A DNA stretch of 63,429 nt, the filler included. It is 7 parts of 7 records of this genome, joined end to end, with 100 filler letters (N's around TTAATTAATTAA, not from the genome) between each part and the next. Parts side by side here need not be neighbours in the genome. Positions count along the whole stretch, not along the records: positions 45,325 to 60,568 come from SRR20825014_66; 6 more parts are not named here. One strand, given 5' to 3'. Below, piece after piece: positions 50,624-59,429 of this stretch. The notes under the pieces are model-generated. The model saw nothing but the letters and a program-made list of their open reading frames with translations. It was not told where the DNA came from and ran no database searches. Positions within the stretch are counted from its first letter, which is position 1. Every line of letters starts with the position of its first letter. The position numbers were made by a program, and so were the translations under genes.

Positions 50624-51703
50624 TCACTGTGCGCTTGTGATTCCAGTGATTTTCGCACCGTAGGTGCGAAAGGTCGTGCCCAGCGAGATCGCGTTGCACG
50701 TCCCGTTTGCCTTGCAGTTGCTCTGGGGATCGTCGGCGTCGATGTCCACGACCCTGTCCGTCAAACCGACAAACCCGCAGAGGTCGTAGATGCTCGTGCA
50801 GAGCGAATCCTCCTCGCAAGCCGAGGTGTCATTATCAGGCACCGAGCAGCTCGTCTCGTCGAGCGCGGCCACATCATACGAGATAAACGGCTCGCCGCCA
50901 GCGATCGGGGCGCAGCCGCAGTTCTCGGTATAAGCGGAGTTGATCGCGTCGAAAATCTCGGAGGCTCTCACCGCGCCACCCAGCGCGCCATTGGTGAGCG
51001 CGATCCCCTTGGCATCGAAATCCGAGACCGCAGGATCGATCTCGGCGGTCAGCTGCGCTGCCTCGATATCGAGCGTGATCGGTGGCCCGAGAAGATCGGT
51101 GGAGATGCTGACGACGCCCGGCCCCGCGATCACGCTGGCGCCATCGTGGGATGCCTCGTTCATGCGCGCGGATGGCCAGACACCTTTTGCGGAGAGGCTC
51201 CCGCGATCGATCTTGTAGGCGTTGCCGCCTTCTGCGACAGGCGCGGTAAACCCACCGTCGGGGATGCCGAGGTAGTAGTTGATCGAGAACTCACCGCCTT
51301 CTTCAGCGATGTGATGGTGCTCGGCGAGCAAGGCGACCGTGCCATCCTCGATCGACTGGGCGACGCTTTCGTTAAACCCGTCGATGTTCACGCCTGCGCT
51401 GGCAGCGATCTCGAGCAAGTCCCCGAGCGCGTTGTCATTCTGACCGTCGCCATCGATGTCAAAGCAGCAGGAGTCATCGTCGATGAAGCGGATCTCGCTC
51501 ACGATCGACGACGGGCTCCAGTCATTGTAGGTGTCTGGCGATGCCGAGCAGCGGTCGTGTGGAGGGTCGGTATCACACGTGGCCTTGCTCATATCAGGCA
51601 TTTCGGTCGCCTGGTTTTCGGCAGGTTCGGTGGACGCGGGGCCGCAAGAGAGGACGCATAGCGAGAGCGTGGCGCCGAGCAGGAGGCGTTTATTCGGGGT
51701 CAT
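50624..51703 (-). CDS. Cys-rich acidic lipoprotein of unknown function
   Basis: Lipobox VLSC; CCFDIDGDGQNDNAL; C-terminal CNAISLG; 6-bp gap to the next gene. Confidence 0.8.
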   Translation of the reverse strand: MTPNKRLLLGATLSLCVLSCGPASTEPAENQATEMPDMSKATCDTDPPHDRCSASPDTYNDWSPSSIVSEIRFIDDDSCCFDIDGDGQNDNALGDLLEIAASAGVNIDGFNESVAQSIEDGTVALLAEHHHIAEEGGEFSINYYLGIPDGGFTAPVAEGGNAYKIDRGSLSAKGVWPSARMNEASHDGASVIAGPGVVSISTDLLGPPITLDIEAAQLTAEIDPAVSDFDAKGIALTNGALGGAVRASEIFDAINSAYTENCGCAPIAGGEPFISYDVAALDETSCSVPDNDTSACEEDSLCTSIYDLCGFVGLTDRVVDIDADDPQSNCKANGTCNAISLGTTFRTYGAKITGITSAQ

Positions 51704-51811
51704 GAGCGAGATCTCCGGTACAATAGGTCTGGGACAGAAACACACGGCGCGGACTCGCTCGGTATCCTCGAGTGTTCTCGTGCTCCAGCAGACATTTGGG
51801 TCATGGTCAGC

Positions 51812-51845
51812 AAAAAAAGAGGCGCTGGGATCGTGTCCCAGCGCC
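51812..51845 (-). terminator. Intrinsic terminator
   Basis: Minus strand GGCGCTGGGA-CACGA-TCCCAGCGCC-TCTTTTTTT. Confidence 0.85.
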
Positions 51846-51950
51846 AGCTCGTCATGGAGTCGGCGAGCATGAAGTGCTCACCACGAGCGGGTAGAACGAG
51901 CTCGCGCGAAATCGAAACGCTTGCTTCGAAACGGGTGGCGAAGATTCCAT
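51812..51950 (-). ncRNA. Candidate structured small RNA or attenuator leader
   Basis: Nested stems AGCTCGT/ACGAGCT and GAGCA-CTTCA-TGCTC, a TCGAA/TTCGA hairpin, then the terminator; family not recognised. Confidence 0.3.
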
Positions 51951-51961
51951 GACATGCGCTT

Positions 51962-51993
51962 TCGGTACATAACCCATTTGGGTTATGTACCGA
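51962..51993. promoter_or_regulatory. Perfect 14-bp inverted repeat, candidate operator
   Basis: TCGGTACATAACCC-ATTT-GGGTTATGTACCGA with no adjacent long T-run. Confidence 0.55.
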
Positions 51994-52016
51994 GGATATC
52001 TTTTCCTGGCGTCGAT

Positions 52017-52385
52017 TTATCTCGCGTAGAAGAACTCTTCGCGGGTGATTTTCCCATCGCTCACGGTGAGCACGGCGATCTCATCGGTCGTGCGACGCTG
52101 CCCACTCTCCAGGTGTGTCATGTCGAAGGTCATATGCACGGCGAACTTATCCTCGCCGTGCGGCCACGGTCCGCGCACCTCGTGGCTGTTGATCTTGTTC
52201 TGCGTGTCGAACCACTGGCTCTTGGCGCGTAGCGCCTCGATGCCTGTCGTGGTGCGCTCGCTGCCTGGCATGGCGACAGCTTCGACGCTCACGGCGTCCT
52301 CCGAGTAGAGGTTTTCGATCACCTCGAGAAAGCGACCCTCTTTGACAGCTGCGACGTAGTCCTTGGCGATTTGATCTAGCGACAT
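52017..52385 (-). CDS. SnoaL/NTF2-like protein
   Basis: LYSEDAVSVE, EIAVLTVSDGKITREEFFY; AAGGAG before the ATG. Confidence 0.88.
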   Translation of the reverse strand: MSLDQIAKDYVAAVKEGRFLEVIENLYSEDAVSVEAVAMPGSERTTTGIEALRAKSQWFDTQNKINSHEVRGPWPHGEDKFAVHMTFDMTHLESGQRRTTDEIAVLTVSDGKITREEFFYAR

Positions 52386-52462
52386 ATGGGGCTCCTTTTT
52401 GTTTCGGGCCAGCTCCACACGAGCGGGCCATCTGGGTTGAAGCGCAACATAGGAGCTATTCA

Positions 52463-52490
52463 TGACAAAACCTGTCAGGTATCTGTGTCA
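52463..52490. promoter_or_regulatory. Candidate WYL regulator binding site
   Basis: TGACA-AAACC-TGTCA plus an extra TGTCA between divergent genes. Confidence 0.6.
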
Positions 52491-52513
52491 TCCTTTCAAA
52501 AAAAAGGAGGCAT

Positions 52514-53233
52514 GTGGTGAATGCGCATGAGCGGCGAGAAGCGTTGATGGGGTGGTTGAGAGGTCGGGTGAGCGGGACGGCGGCCGAGGCGGGGATGCAT
52601 TTTGGCGTCACCGAGCGCACGATCCTTCGCGATATCGAGTTTCTGCGCTCGCGCGGTGAGCCTATCTCGAGCAGCTCTGGCCCAGGAGGAGGGTTCCAAC
52701 TCGATGGCATGGCCCGATTGCCTGCGGTGAGACTCACCGTCGAAGAGGTCTTGGGCCTCGCGCTCGCTGTCGCCATGGCCAGACAGATCGAAACCGGGCT
52801 CCCCTACTCGCTCGCCGCTGACCACGCCATCGACAGGTTGATCATGACGTTGTCACGCGAGCGCGCTGGCAGGTTTCGCCATCTGATGCAGCGAATCACT
52901 GTGGGGTGGCCCGAGGGGCTGAGGTTCGATACGCCGCAAAGGGTCGAGCCCGGAGTGCTGGAGACCTTCGAGCTCGCGTTCGCCAAAAACCGCGTCGTGG
53001 CTTTCGACTATACCGATCGTCACGGCAACCCGACCTCGCGCACCATCGAGCCGCACGGGCTGTTGCTCAATATGCCGACCTGGTATGTCGTCGCGCACGA
53101 TCGATTGAGAGACGCCGCGCGCATGTTCCGCGTCGATCGCATGAAGCGAGTGGTTTTGCTCGACGAGGAGTTCGATCCAAAGCCTCCGTCGTGGTTCTCG
53201 GAGTACCTCGAACCGTGTCCGAAGATGTCCTGA
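52514..53233 (+). CDS. HTH-WYL transcriptional regulator (YafY type, no WCX domain)
   Basis: FGVTERTILRDI, GPGGG, RTIEPHGL..WYVVAHDRLR..RMFRVDRM. Confidence 0.93.
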   Translation: MVNAHERREALMGWLRGRVSGTAAEAGMHFGVTERTILRDIEFLRSRGEPISSSSGPGGGFQLDGMARLPAVRLTVEEVLGLALAVAMARQIETGLPYSLAADHAIDRLIMTLSRERAGRFRHLMQRITVGWPEGLRFDTPQRVEPGVLETFELAFAKNRVVAFDYTDRHGNPTSRTIEPHGLLLNMPTWYVVAHDRLRDAARMFRVDRMKRVVLLDEEFDPKPPSWFSEYLEPCPKMS

Positions 53234-53410
53234 CGATCGCATTTGGCAACATTGCCCCCCTTTCGATTATGCACAAAACCGGTCTGTTGCCGTGAGATTT
53301 TTCGATCGTATAGCGGTATAGCTCTTGTGTTGTGCCGAGATGTTTCGATGAGTACTTTCATCGCGCACGCCATGAAGCCCGAACAAACTACTCTGGATGG
53401 GAGCGATGAA

Positions 53411-54370
53411 ATGAACCTGGATTTGTACGAACAGTGGTGCGGTAGCAACGGCGGTTATAATCAGGAGGTGACTTACACCGGTGAGTTCGAGGATCTCAAG
53501 GCGATCAAGTCTCACGGAAAGACGCTCTCCTGGCGCATCAAGAAGGGAAACAAAAGGGCTCGCGTGATTCTTATCGGTTCGCAACCTGATATGGATTTTG
53601 TCGAGGCGGCCAAGAAGACCTCGCGCGGAATGAACCGACCCCTTCCTTTGCTCGTCGATGAAAAGGCTCTCGAAACGACCCTCCTTCGCCCGCTCCCGTG
53701 GTTTGCCGAGGGTTGGTATGCCCGCGCGGGTGGAAATAGCGAGACCATGGCGCTCGTGGGTGCGTCCAAACAGCAGCTCGAGGAGTCTTATTCTCTGGGG
53801 CATCAGCTCGTCTATGCATCTGTGGGGGAGCCTGCGACCGAGGAGGCGATCGCCTCGACAGAGCAACGGCTCGGGGTCTCCTTCGATGAAACGCTCAAGG
53901 ATCTCTATCGCCAGGCGGATGGCATCTTGCTCGGGTCACGCTATTGGTTGCCGATGGATAGGGCGTCCGGTACTCCGCTCGCGCCGCCGAGCGAGCCTGT
54001 CGATCCTGGCATTGACTCCAGATTCTTCATGGACTCCAGCCCTGACAACGAGACGTTCTGGAAGCTCGAGGGGAGCGATGTCTCCGAGTGGAGCTTTGGC
54101 GCCATGTGCATTCCTCCGCTGGCGCAGCTCGAGTCCTGGGAGGATTACTATGGGATCAGCGCGCCAAATAAGCTCTGCGAAGAGCTCGTGATTTTCGATG
54201 CTTGTTACGGGTATAACCCGGCGTTTCTGCGCTTTGGCAAGAAGCGCCCCGAGGTTTACTGTGCGTCTGATCATGGCGCAGATCCTTACAAGGCCAAGAT
54301 GGATGTCGTCAAATACCTCTCGGGCTCGATGGGTGTCCGCGCCAACCGTCACACATGGTGGCGTGGGTGA
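53411..54370 (+). CDS. SMI1/KNR4 (SUKH) domain protein; start uncertain
   Basis: PATEEAIASTEQRLGVSFDETLKDLYRQADG; GGGAG before ATG 53411. Confidence 0.75.
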   Translation: MNLDLYEQWCGSNGGYNQEVTYTGEFEDLKAIKSHGKTLSWRIKKGNKRARVILIGSQPDMDFVEAAKKTSRGMNRPLPLLVDEKALETTLLRPLPWFAEGWYARAGGNSETMALVGASKQQLEESYSLGHQLVYASVGEPATEEAIASTEQRLGVSFDETLKDLYRQADGILLGSRYWLPMDRASGTPLAPPSEPVDPGIDSRFFMDSSPDNETFWKLEGSDVSEWSFGAMCIPPLAQLESWEDYYGISAPNKLCEELVIFDACYGYNPAFLRFGKKRPEVYCASDHGADPYKAKMDVVKYLSGSMGVRANRHTWWRG

Positions 54371-54461
54371 GCATAAAGCTCGGCGAGATGCGCCGGGTTG
54401 GCCCATCTAAAAGCCTCTGAATCATTCGAGCGAGCGTGTCCTCGTTACCTTCTCGAGTGGT

Positions 54462-55850
54462 ATGAAAAGCCATCCTTACAGATTCTGGCTCCTCGCCACG
54501 TTCATGCTCGGCGTCGGCTGCAAGAAAGAGCCTGCGCCCCTGCCACAAGACAGCAAGAGCACCGCGACCGAGCAGACCACCACGCCACATGTCACTCCCG
54601 AGACCACGCCGCTCGAGCGAGCTCCTGATCAGGGCAGTGAGGAGCAATCCGAGCGTTCTGTGATGGATGGGAGCCACACGGTGAGAATCGATGCGCCGTG
54701 CACGCTCTACGTCGCCAATGATGGCAAGAACGCGCGTGACGGAAAAACGCGCGAAGGCGCCCTGAAGAGCCCCACCAGAGCGATATGGCGCGCGAAGCCT
54801 GGCGATGTGATTTGCTTCGCGCGCGGGTCCTACAAACCGTTTGCGATCATGAACTTCGAGGCGACCGCCGAGAAGCCGCTGGTTCTTCGAGCATTGCCCG
54901 GAGACGAGCATCAGGTGGTCATCTCGCAGCGCTCGCACCAGTACGGGATAGGCATTCGCGTGGGGCGTTCCGAGCATGTGCATCTGTACGGGTTCGAGAT
55001 CGAGCGCGTGCAGTCAGGCGTGACGGTCGCTGGCAGCGCGCATGTGAGGATCGAGGATCTCTCGATCCGTTCTGTGGGTCAGGCGGGGATCTACGTCAAG
55101 CAAGAGTACGACTCGAAAGACCATGACAGGCACGAGGGGATTCCTTCCCACCATGTCGATATCATCGGCAACATGATCGAGGACACGGGGAACCTCACGG
55201 CGCGATACGGCGAGGGCGTTTATGTGGGCTCTGGGGGTCGGCAAGGCGATAAGACGCATGATGTGTTTATCGCGCTCAATCGCATCAGCGATGTGCGCGC
55301 CGAGGCGATCGATTTGAAGCCATGGACATCGAACCTGATTGTTCGCGGCAATGTGATTCTAAGGGGCTCACACTTCTTTCATGGCGCCATTTCTGTCGGC
55401 GTGCAGGCGTTCGATGGGCCGAGCGCCAACTTCCTGATCGAGGATAACCGCATCTACGGTTACGAGGCTTTGAAAGAGGATGAAAAGGTCGCGGGGATTT
55501 GCGTTGGCCATGGCAACGGCGTCGTGCGCCGGAACACGATCTGGGGCATCCGTGGAGGAAGCGGCATTCGCACCACGACCACGTTCCTCAACCCCGAAGC
55601 GCGCGATGTACTGATCGAAGAGAACACGATCTGGTCAGCGACTGGAGAGCCCTCGATCACCCTTCATGACGGCGACGAGCGAACTGGCGTGCCTGACAAA
55701 AACGGCAACATCACGCTCCGCGATAACCTGACGCATGACGGTTTGCTCGACTCCCGCATCCTGAAGCAGGAGGACTTTGTCGGGCCCATCAGCGAGCTCG
55801 CCGACGCTGGCGATGGCCCCGGCAGTGGTTTTGTGCTGCGCAGCCCATGA
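54462..55850 (+). CDS. Lipoprotein with right-handed parallel beta-helix repeats
   Basis: Lipobox GVGC; LYVANDG, AKPGDVICFARGSY, repeated IxxNxI turns, GEGVYVG. Confidence 0.82.
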   Translation: MKSHPYRFWLLATFMLGVGCKKEPAPLPQDSKSTATEQTTTPHVTPETTPLERAPDQGSEEQSERSVMDGSHTVRIDAPCTLYVANDGKNARDGKTREGALKSPTRAIWRAKPGDVICFARGSYKPFAIMNFEATAEKPLVLRALPGDEHQVVISQRSHQYGIGIRVGRSEHVHLYGFEIERVQSGVTVAGSAHVRIEDLSIRSVGQAGIYVKQEYDSKDHDRHEGIPSHHVDIIGNMIEDTGNLTARYGEGVYVGSGGRQGDKTHDVFIALNRISDVRAEAIDLKPWTSNLIVRGNVILRGSHFFHGAISVGVQAFDGPSANFLIEDNRIYGYEALKEDEKVAGICVGHGNGVVRRNTIWGIRGGSGIRTTTTFLNPEARDVLIEENTIWSATGEPSITLHDGDERTGVPDKNGNITLRDNLTHDGLLDSRILKQEDFVGPISELADAGDGPGSGFVLRSP

Positions 55851-55886
55851 ATCGACGCGTCCGAGAGCTGAATTTTCCTGTCAGGT

Positions 55887-56987
55887 TCAGAGAGATTTCG
55901 GGAGCGGGGGGATAAATCTCACATCTGGGTAGAGGTGTGTACGATCATAAGAGCTGTTTACCGACGTGTATTCTGGCGTTTCGGCGTCGAAGGTCGCATC
56001 GTCTCGAAAGAATCCATACTTATCGTCTGACGAGCGCACAAAGGTCGATGTTTTCAAAACATGATGAATCATTTCAGCTGGCATATCATTCTCCATCACC
56101 ACGTTTATTTTATACTGATCTGGTTGCTTGGCTTTAAAGAAAATCATGACATTGTATAAAGATCTCCAGTCATAAAGAGCCTCGATTTTATTGATAATGG
56201 AAGCGCGTTTGTCTTTCTCTTTCGTCTTCTTTAACAAGTCGAGTAATTCTCGAACTGACTCTCCGTCTTTAAGACAAATCGTAGGTCCACCTTTGGGGCA
56301 TCCAGCGACAGGTTTGACGAGGTGTGGACCTTGAAAGAAACGGATGCCATTGCTATCTATAACAATATTCGGCACGAAGTTCTTTATCGTTATAACCCGG
56401 GGCCGATCTTGTTGAATTAAATATTCAAATCCTTTAATGTAAGAGGTTGGGCTTGTCGAAGTAAACAGATCAAAAGAAGCGTCCTCTTTGTTTTCGAAAA
56501 TGTAGTGAATATCTATATTCAAGCGTCGGACTTTACCCGTTTCATCCTCGACAGGGAAAGCCCAGAGCGACGTGTAAATAATATCATTTAACACACTGTA
56601 GAGCGTATTCCTTTGCAAATAAAGGACGATTTCATATCGACCAGATGCTCCTACCTCTTGTTCCTTGGATGCTTCCTCGAGAGCGCGCGAAAGTGTCTCG
56701 ATCTTTAGCGATTTTTTGTTGTTATATTTAAATTCAGCGGGGACACTCCAGTCATCATCTAGAGGTGTACTCTTCTCATAATTGACATATATATAATTGT
56801 TCTTGACCTCGATGAGTGTTTTTTGTTCGAGGCCATATCTATCCAGGAAAGCGTGAAGTCTTTGGTTTCCCTTAAAAGATGTGCTGTGCTTGTTCTCATT
56901 ATCGACGTTTTTATTTCCAGACGTGCTGCAAGAGACCAACGTAAGCATCAGGGTTATCGCGAATGGCCAGGGGAGGTTTTTTATCAT
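55887..56987 (-). CDS. AT-rich lipoprotein with ExbD/TolR-like periplasmic domain(s)
   Basis: Lipobox LVSC; YDWRSLYNVMIFFKAKQPD..INVVMENDMPAEMIHHVLK..LYPDVRF. Confidence 0.6.
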   Translation of the reverse strand: MIKNLPWPFAITLMLTLVSCSTSGNKNVDNENKHSTSFKGNQRLHAFLDRYGLEQKTLIEVKNNYIYVNYEKSTPLDDDWSVPAEFKYNNKKSLKIETLSRALEEASKEQEVGASGRYEIVLYLQRNTLYSVLNDIIYTSLWAFPVEDETGKVRRLNIDIHYIFENKEDASFDLFTSTSPTSYIKGFEYLIQQDRPRVITIKNFVPNIVIDSNGIRFFQGPHLVKPVAGCPKGGPTICLKDGESVRELLDLLKKTKEKDKRASIINKIEALYDWRSLYNVMIFFKAKQPDQYKINVVMENDMPAEMIHHVLKTSTFVRSSDDKYGFFRDDATFDAETPEYTSVNSSYDRTHLYPDVRFIPPLPKSL

Positions 56988-57402
56988 GGTCTTAACTTAT
57001 TTCCTCAAAGAATAGGCGGGCTTTTCTGCAAAGGAAAAGTCTGGTTGGCATGTGAATTCCCACCCGACATCGAAAAGCTGGGACGCTCGAGAGCGTGGGA
57101 TTTATCGTCGAGTTTTGTTACGCCAGATCTCGTGGCCTGACAAATCGAAGAGGATCAGTCCTGGCGTGAGGAAATCTATTGACGAGGGATACTAATCTTC
57201 GAGCTAACCTGCGAGCCCATTCCCTGCAACATGCTCACAACAAAGGCTTTTTGGGTGGCATGGCACGGCGTTGGAGGTGTGGGCGAGTCTGGTTCAGCGA
57301 GCTGTCATGCGCCAGCGTCGATGTTGGTGGTTAGCGGTGAGGTTTTGCTTCAGCGAGTTGTCAGGAAGCGCTCGCGTCGTGTTGGGTCAGTGACACGAGG
57401 AC

Positions 57403-57696
57403 CTATCGCATCTGGTCTCGGGCATCTGCCATGATAGCTTCGGCGACGTCCGCGCAGTATTCAGGTGTGAAGCGAGCGTCTGAGAACATGCTTCGGAACA
57501 CCTGAGCGATCAGCCGTGACAATGCCTCGCCGCTCGAGAAGCGTTCGATCTGGTTGACGATCTGCACGATCTCGAGGTCGTACTCGTTGTCAGGGCATCC
57601 CATGGCAAAAAGCCCGAAAGGATCCCATGCGTTGATGTGTCGCGTGACAATACGCGAGAGCACTTCGCGCCTGGCATTGTCTGATCGTTTACTCAT
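57403..57696 (-). CDS. DUF1871/YugE-like protein
   Basis: INAWDPFGL..PDNEYDLEI, QVFRSMFS. Confidence 0.72.
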   Translation of the reverse strand: MSKRSDNARREVLSRIVTRHINAWDPFGLFAMGCPDNEYDLEIVQIVNQIERFSSGEALSRLIAQVFRSMFSDARFTPEYCADVAEAIMADARDQMR

Positions 57697-57716
57697 TATC
57701 GTTCTCTTCCCATTCT

Positions 57717-58532
57717 TCAGTGGTGAGCGTCGCATCGATCACTGAAACGTCTTCGCCAGAGCGCAAAACCGATCAACATCATTGCCGCGCCGAGCGGCGA
57801 CAGGGGGTTGCTTTTGGTGGACTGACACCCTCCTCCATCGCCAAACAGCGTAGTGCGGTCAGCGACCTTGTATTCGTTGCCAAACGCATCGAGGACCACC
57901 AGCCGTGCGTCTGATTCCTTCTCATCGAGCGTGCTCGCGAACACCTGTGGCGCGCAATCGCCCGGCCATATTCTACCTTCGATGGTTCGCCAGGGCCCGA
58001 CCGCGCCCTTGACCTGTACCTTGTAAGCAAAGGGATGACCCGAGGACACCACGGCTTCTCGCAGAGGTTCGGGGCCTGCGTCCGAGAGTGCGAAGTAACC
58101 TTTGCAATGAGGAGGCGGTGAGTCTTCGAGATCACGCCATCTCCTCAAGGAGATGTCCGTGTCGTCCTCAGGGGCGGAGGATATGGTCGTGAAGTCACCT
58201 TTTACCTGTCGCTCGATCTTGCCGGATTCACTGTAGAGGGTCACTTCTATCGTATGTGTTCCGGGCGCATTCGATGGGGGCTGGTAACGGCTGTAATACT
58301 CCTGCTCTTCCACAGGAGCCATGACCTCGCCATCGATCTTTACTTCGAGCTCGCCGCTTCCAGCGTGCGTGATCCAGATGGGTTCATCGACGGAGGGTGC
58401 GTCACGCTCCAGAACGGAGACCCACGCCACGTCGTATATAGCGCTGTAAGCGGCAACGGCGCTCGAAGGTCCGAATACGATAAGTCCCAAAAGCCCCGAG
58501 CATACTGCATAAAGGAATGTCTTTTTAAGCAT
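57717..58532 (-). CDS. Secreted protein with MYXO-CTERM-type sorting signal
   Basis: Signal peptide; C-terminal GGGCQST..LGAAMMLIGFALWRRR. Confidence 0.78.
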   Translation of the reverse strand: MLKKTFLYAVCSGLLGLIVFGPSSAVAAYSAIYDVAWVSVLERDAPSVDEPIWITHAGSGELEVKIDGEVMAPVEEQEYYSRYQPPSNAPGTHTIEVTLYSESGKIERQVKGDFTTISSAPEDDTDISLRRWRDLEDSPPPHCKGYFALSDAGPEPLREAVVSSGHPFAYKVQVKGAVGPWRTIEGRIWPGDCAPQVFASTLDEKESDARLVVLDAFGNEYKVADRTTLFGDGGGCQSTKSNPLSPLGAAMMLIGFALWRRRFSDRCDAHH

Positions 58533-58645
58533 GTGTATGACCTTGTTTTATAACGCATTTTTTGGTGTATGGGTTTGAAATTATCGTCGCGTATTTCGTG
58601 TATGCCAGCGGTATGAATGACGAGACAAAGTTGTCCTCTGTTCCT

Positions 58646-59332
58646 TCAAGGGCTCCAGTCCTCTGGAGCTATCTCTGGTTTGAAGGTGGAGAGCTCTCCA
58701 TCCTGCACATCGAGCCATTTAAGTCGTGGTCGGCCTGGGTGTGGATGCTCCAAGCCAGAGACAGTGACCTGGTAATCCTCGGGTCGAACGCGATGAATCC
58801 TGAAATGCCAGTACCCTCGCGTATCATTGGCCGCGATAAAATAAGCGACTTCGTCTTCCGTCTCGGAGAGACCTGTAGAGGACTCGTGAAAACGGGTTGG
58901 ATGAAAGCGTATATCCTGAGCGAGCACCTCGGGTTCACCTGTATGGGGTACCCAGGTCAGGGTCATGCTCACGTCAACCGTGATGGTTTCGATTTCGGAG
59001 CAAAGCGTGGAAGCATAACTGCTCTTGATGAGGGAGAAGTCCTGGTTGCGTACCATCTCGATAGACAACCAGGTGAAGTCGACTTGCAGTGTTCCATCGT
59101 CGTGTTCGACCAGGTACTGGAGAGGCACTTCGTCCAACGCATCGCGGACGGCTTGTTTCGTCGGTATGTATCGAGGACATCCCCCATAACCACCTTCGAC
59201 GGGCAGTGGTGCACATCCTGTGAGAACGCTCGGGTTGAGAATAAAGAACGTGGCCAGGACGGAGGCCAAACAAGTCCATTTCAGGAGCTTGCTACCTGCC
59301 CTGTGAGCTCGTTCGATCGTTCTATTCTTCAT
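58646..59332 (-). CDS. Hypothetical exported protein, possible lipoprotein
   Basis: Hydrophobic segment then VLTGC; co-oriented with neighbours. Confidence 0.55.
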   Translation of the reverse strand: MKNRTIERAHRAGSKLLKWTCLASVLATFFILNPSVLTGCAPLPVEGGYGGCPRYIPTKQAVRDALDEVPLQYLVEHDDGTLQVDFTWLSIEMVRNQDFSLIKSSYASTLCSEIETITVDVSMTLTWVPHTGEPEVLAQDIRFHPTRFHESSTGLSETEDEVAYFIAANDTRGYWHFRIHRVRPEDYQVTVSGLEHPHPGRPRLKWLDVQDGELSTFKPEIAPEDWSP

Positions 59333-59429
59333 CAGGATAATCCTTTCGAGCCGATGCTCTGCAACACATTGGCATCAAACATATTTTAGATGTCATGGCA
59401 TGATGTTGGATGTGTGACCGAGGCTGCGT

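Noticed and set aside
52514-53233. WYL gene as marker of a CRISPR or anti-phage island
   Set aside because: No cas, nuclease or restriction genes and no repeat array nearby; the layout is the common YafY-type divergent pair.
45621-55660. Many long overlapping or antisense ORFs (e.g. 45739-46626, 49646-50557, 50606-51661)
   Set aside because: Shadow frames of GC-rich genes; no motifs, and the overlapping frame has clear family signatures.
58562-59389. 275-aa plus-strand ORF
   Set aside because: Fully overlaps the minus-strand ORF that matches neighbour orientation and has an export signal; not excluded with certainty.
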